DNA of 64,000 nt, taken from Amoebidium appalachense. Taxonomy: Eukaryota; Protista; Ichthyosporea. Positions 61,561-64,000 of this stretch are shown piece after piece; the stretch's first letter is position 1; each line of letters starts with the position of its first letter. A program made the translations under genes and the position numbers. The DNA is taken from assembly GCA_963693365.1 (NCBI GenBank), contig CAVNZM010000002.1:1859649-1923648 (forward strand), in the 5' to 3' direction. The notes beneath the pieces are model-generated. The model was not told the DNA's origin and made no database searches. It worked only from the letters and a program-made list of their open reading frames with translations.

Positions 61561-62585
61561 TGCCCCATCCTGCCCCATCCCGGCCCGTCCCCCATCACCA
61601 TGGCCCGTACGTCCCGGCCCGTCCCCCATCACCATGGCCCGGCCCGGCCACACCCCTCTCACCCGGCCCCACCCGGCCCCATCCTGGCCCGTCCCCCATC
61701 ACCCTGCCCCAAGACAATGGGAGAAATTGTAAAGTTTACATTTTTGGTTGTGACGTCACAACAGGGGTGTTTTACCGGCATAAGAATACTGATAAAGCAA
61801 GATTTTTCATGAAATTTCCCGAACGGGGGCTGCACGTGCGTGTAGAAGGTTAAAAAAGACAGGACTCTCAGAGTCCAGGCGGACTCTCATAGTCCGCTGG
61901 GAGGACCATACGAGCCGACCCAAAATGTAAACTTTACATTTTCTCATCCCGGCCCGTCCCCCATCACCCCTCTCACCATGGCCCGTCCCGCCCCATCCCC
62001 CCGTCACCCCTATCACCCCGCCACACCCATCTCACCCTGCCCCATCCTTGCCCGGGCTTGCCTATCTCCAATCACCCCTCTCACCCTGCCCCATCCCCCG
62101 TCACCCCTATCACCCCGCCACACCCCTCTCACCCCTCTCACCCTGCCCCATCCTGGCCTGTCCCCCATCACCCCTCTCACCATGGCCCGTCCCCCATCAC
62201 CCCTCTCACCATGGCCTGGCCCCCATCACCATGGCCTGTCCCCCATCACTCCTCTCGTCCCCCATCACCCTGGCCTGTCCCCCATCACCCCTCTCACCCT
62301 GGCCCCATCCTGGCCCGTCCCCCATCAATCACCCCTCTCACCATGGCCCGTCCCCCATCACCATGGCCCGTCCCGGCCCGTCCCCCATCACCATGGCCTG
62401 TCCCGGCCCGTCCCCCATCACCGCTCTCGTCCCTCTCACCCGGCCCCATCCCGCCATCACCATGGCCACACCCCTCTCGTCCCTCTAGATCTCGTCCCTC
62501 TCACCCCCGCCATACCCCGGCCACACCCCTCTCACCCCTCTCACCCCTGTCGTCCCGCTCGCTTGCCCTCGTCCCTATCGCCCCG
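61561..62585. repeat. C-rich degenerate minisatellite (GGCCCGTCCCCCATCACCAT / CACCCCTCTCACC units)
   Basis: Direct reading. Confidence 0.85.
61721..61945. mobile_element. Putative MITE (225 bp) inside the C-rich minisatellite
   Basis: ~29-bp imperfect TIRs GAGAAATTGTAAAGTTTACATTTTTGGTT ... GACCCAAAATGTAAACTTTACATTTTCTC; no clear TSD. Confidence 0.6.
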
Positions 62586-62829
62586 CTGCTGTTTCGCTGC
62601 TTTCACCGCTTATCACTTTATCTCCCCTCCCTCTTTTCCTATATGCCATAGCCTGTCCCCTTCCTCCTATTTTTTTTTGGGGGGGGGGGCTCCTCCATCA
62701 CCTGTCCTCATAGCCCTCCTTTTCCCGACCCCCTCATGCCCCTCCTTTTGCCCTGCCCTCTTGGCCCTCCTTTTCCCCAGTGTCCCAGATGATCAGTCCC
62801 ACTTCTTCTTGCTGTCCACCTTCCCCACC

Positions 62830-64000
62830 CCCTTTCGTAAAAAAAAAAAAAACTAACACAACTATCACAAGACCCCCCCCCCCCCCCCCCCCCCCCCTTC
62901 CCCGTCAATACTTATCATGTCTGCCCCTTGTTCTCTTTTTTCTCCCCTATCTCCCTCCCTCCCTCCGTCCCTTTTCGTAACCAAAAAAAAAAAACTATCA
63001 CAAGACCCCCCCCCCCCCCCCCCCCTTCCCCGTAATACTTATCATGTCTGCCCCTTGTTCTCTTTTTTCTCCCCTCTCTCCCTCCCTCCCTCCCTCCTCC
63101 ACCAGTGACCCAGAACAGCCCCGCTTCATCTTGCTTGCCGCCATCCCCACCCGTTTTTGTAACCAAAAAAACAAAACAAAAAAAAACAAAAAAAAAAACA
63201 ACAACTATCACAAGACCCCCCCCCCCCCCCCCCCCCCCCGTCAATACTTATCATGTCTACCCCTTGTTCTCTTCTTTCTCCCCTCTCTCCCTCCCTCCCT
63301 CCCTCCCTCCCTCCTTCACCAGTGACCCAGAACAGCCCCACTTCATCTTGCTTGCCACCATCCCCACCCCTTTTTCGTAACCAAAAAAAAAAAACCTATC
63401 ACAACTACCACAAGACCCCCCCCCCCTTCCCCCGTCAATACTTATCATGTCTGCCCCTTCTTCTCTTATTTCTCCCCTCTCTCCCTCCCTCCCTCCGTCC
63501 CTTGTCGTAACCAAAAAAAACAAAACAACAGCAACTATCACAAGACCCTCCCCCCCCCCCCCCCCCCCCCCGTCAACATGTCTACCCCTTGTTCTCTTCT
63601 TTCTCCCCTCTCTCCCTCCCTCCCTCCGTCCCTTTTCGGAACCAAAAAAAAAAAAACCAACAACAACAACTATCACAAGACCCCCCACCTTCCCCGTCAA
63701 TACTTATCATATCTGCCCCTTGTTCTCTTCCTTCTCCCCTCTCTCCCTCCCTCCCTTTCGTAACCAAAAAAAAAACTATCACAACTATTACAAGACCCCC
63801 ACCCCTTCCCCGTCAATACTTATCATGGCTGCCCCTTGTTCTCTTTTTTCTCCCCTCTCTCCCTCCCTCCCTCCGTCCCTTTTCGTAACCAAAAAAAAAA
63901 AAAAAAAAACAACAACTATCACAAGACCCCCCCCCCCCCTCTTCCCCGTCAATACTTATCATGGCTGCCCCTTGTTTTCTTTTTCTCCCCTCTCTCCCTC
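62830..64000. repeat. ~120-bp satellite array running off the window end
   Basis: Unit AACTATCACAAGACC(C)n-TTCCCCGTCAATACTTATCATGTCTGCCCCTTGTTCTC...TTTTCGTAACC(A)n, about nine copies; two carry an extra CAGTGACCCAGAACAGCCCC block. Confidence 0.92.

Overview
Eukaryotic genomic DNA with spliceosomal GT-AG introns rich in poly-G/C and microsatellites; an ichthyosporean-like unicellular holozoan is my guess, not shown. 1-24.8 kb is a nested retroelement stack. A decayed tyrosine-recombinase element hosts an old Copia, which appears to host a decayed Ty3/Gypsy. The Gypsy carries two near-identical young Ty1/Copia copies in inverted orientation, and its middle segment is inverted between them. Two copies of a non-coding mini-LTR element (TRIM) with a half-tRNAiMet primer site are also present, one inside a Copia LTR and one three-LTR tandem form inside Gypsy pol. 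25.8-28.2 kb is a spliced methyl-CpG-binding-domain (MBD) gene. 32.8-57.1 kb (minus) is one spliced gene of roughly 6,000 aa: an N-terminal ArfGAP domain joined in frame to a ~16.8-kb exon encoding a giant coiled coil with ~23.5 indel-free 546-bp (182 aa = 26 heptad) repeats. 60.2-64 kb is a patchwork of satellites with a small MITE. The most notable items are the ArfGAP giant coiled-coil gene, CGC/GCG depletion in the Copia ORF, primer-binding sites that vary at the anticodon, and the reconstructable inversion/duplication.
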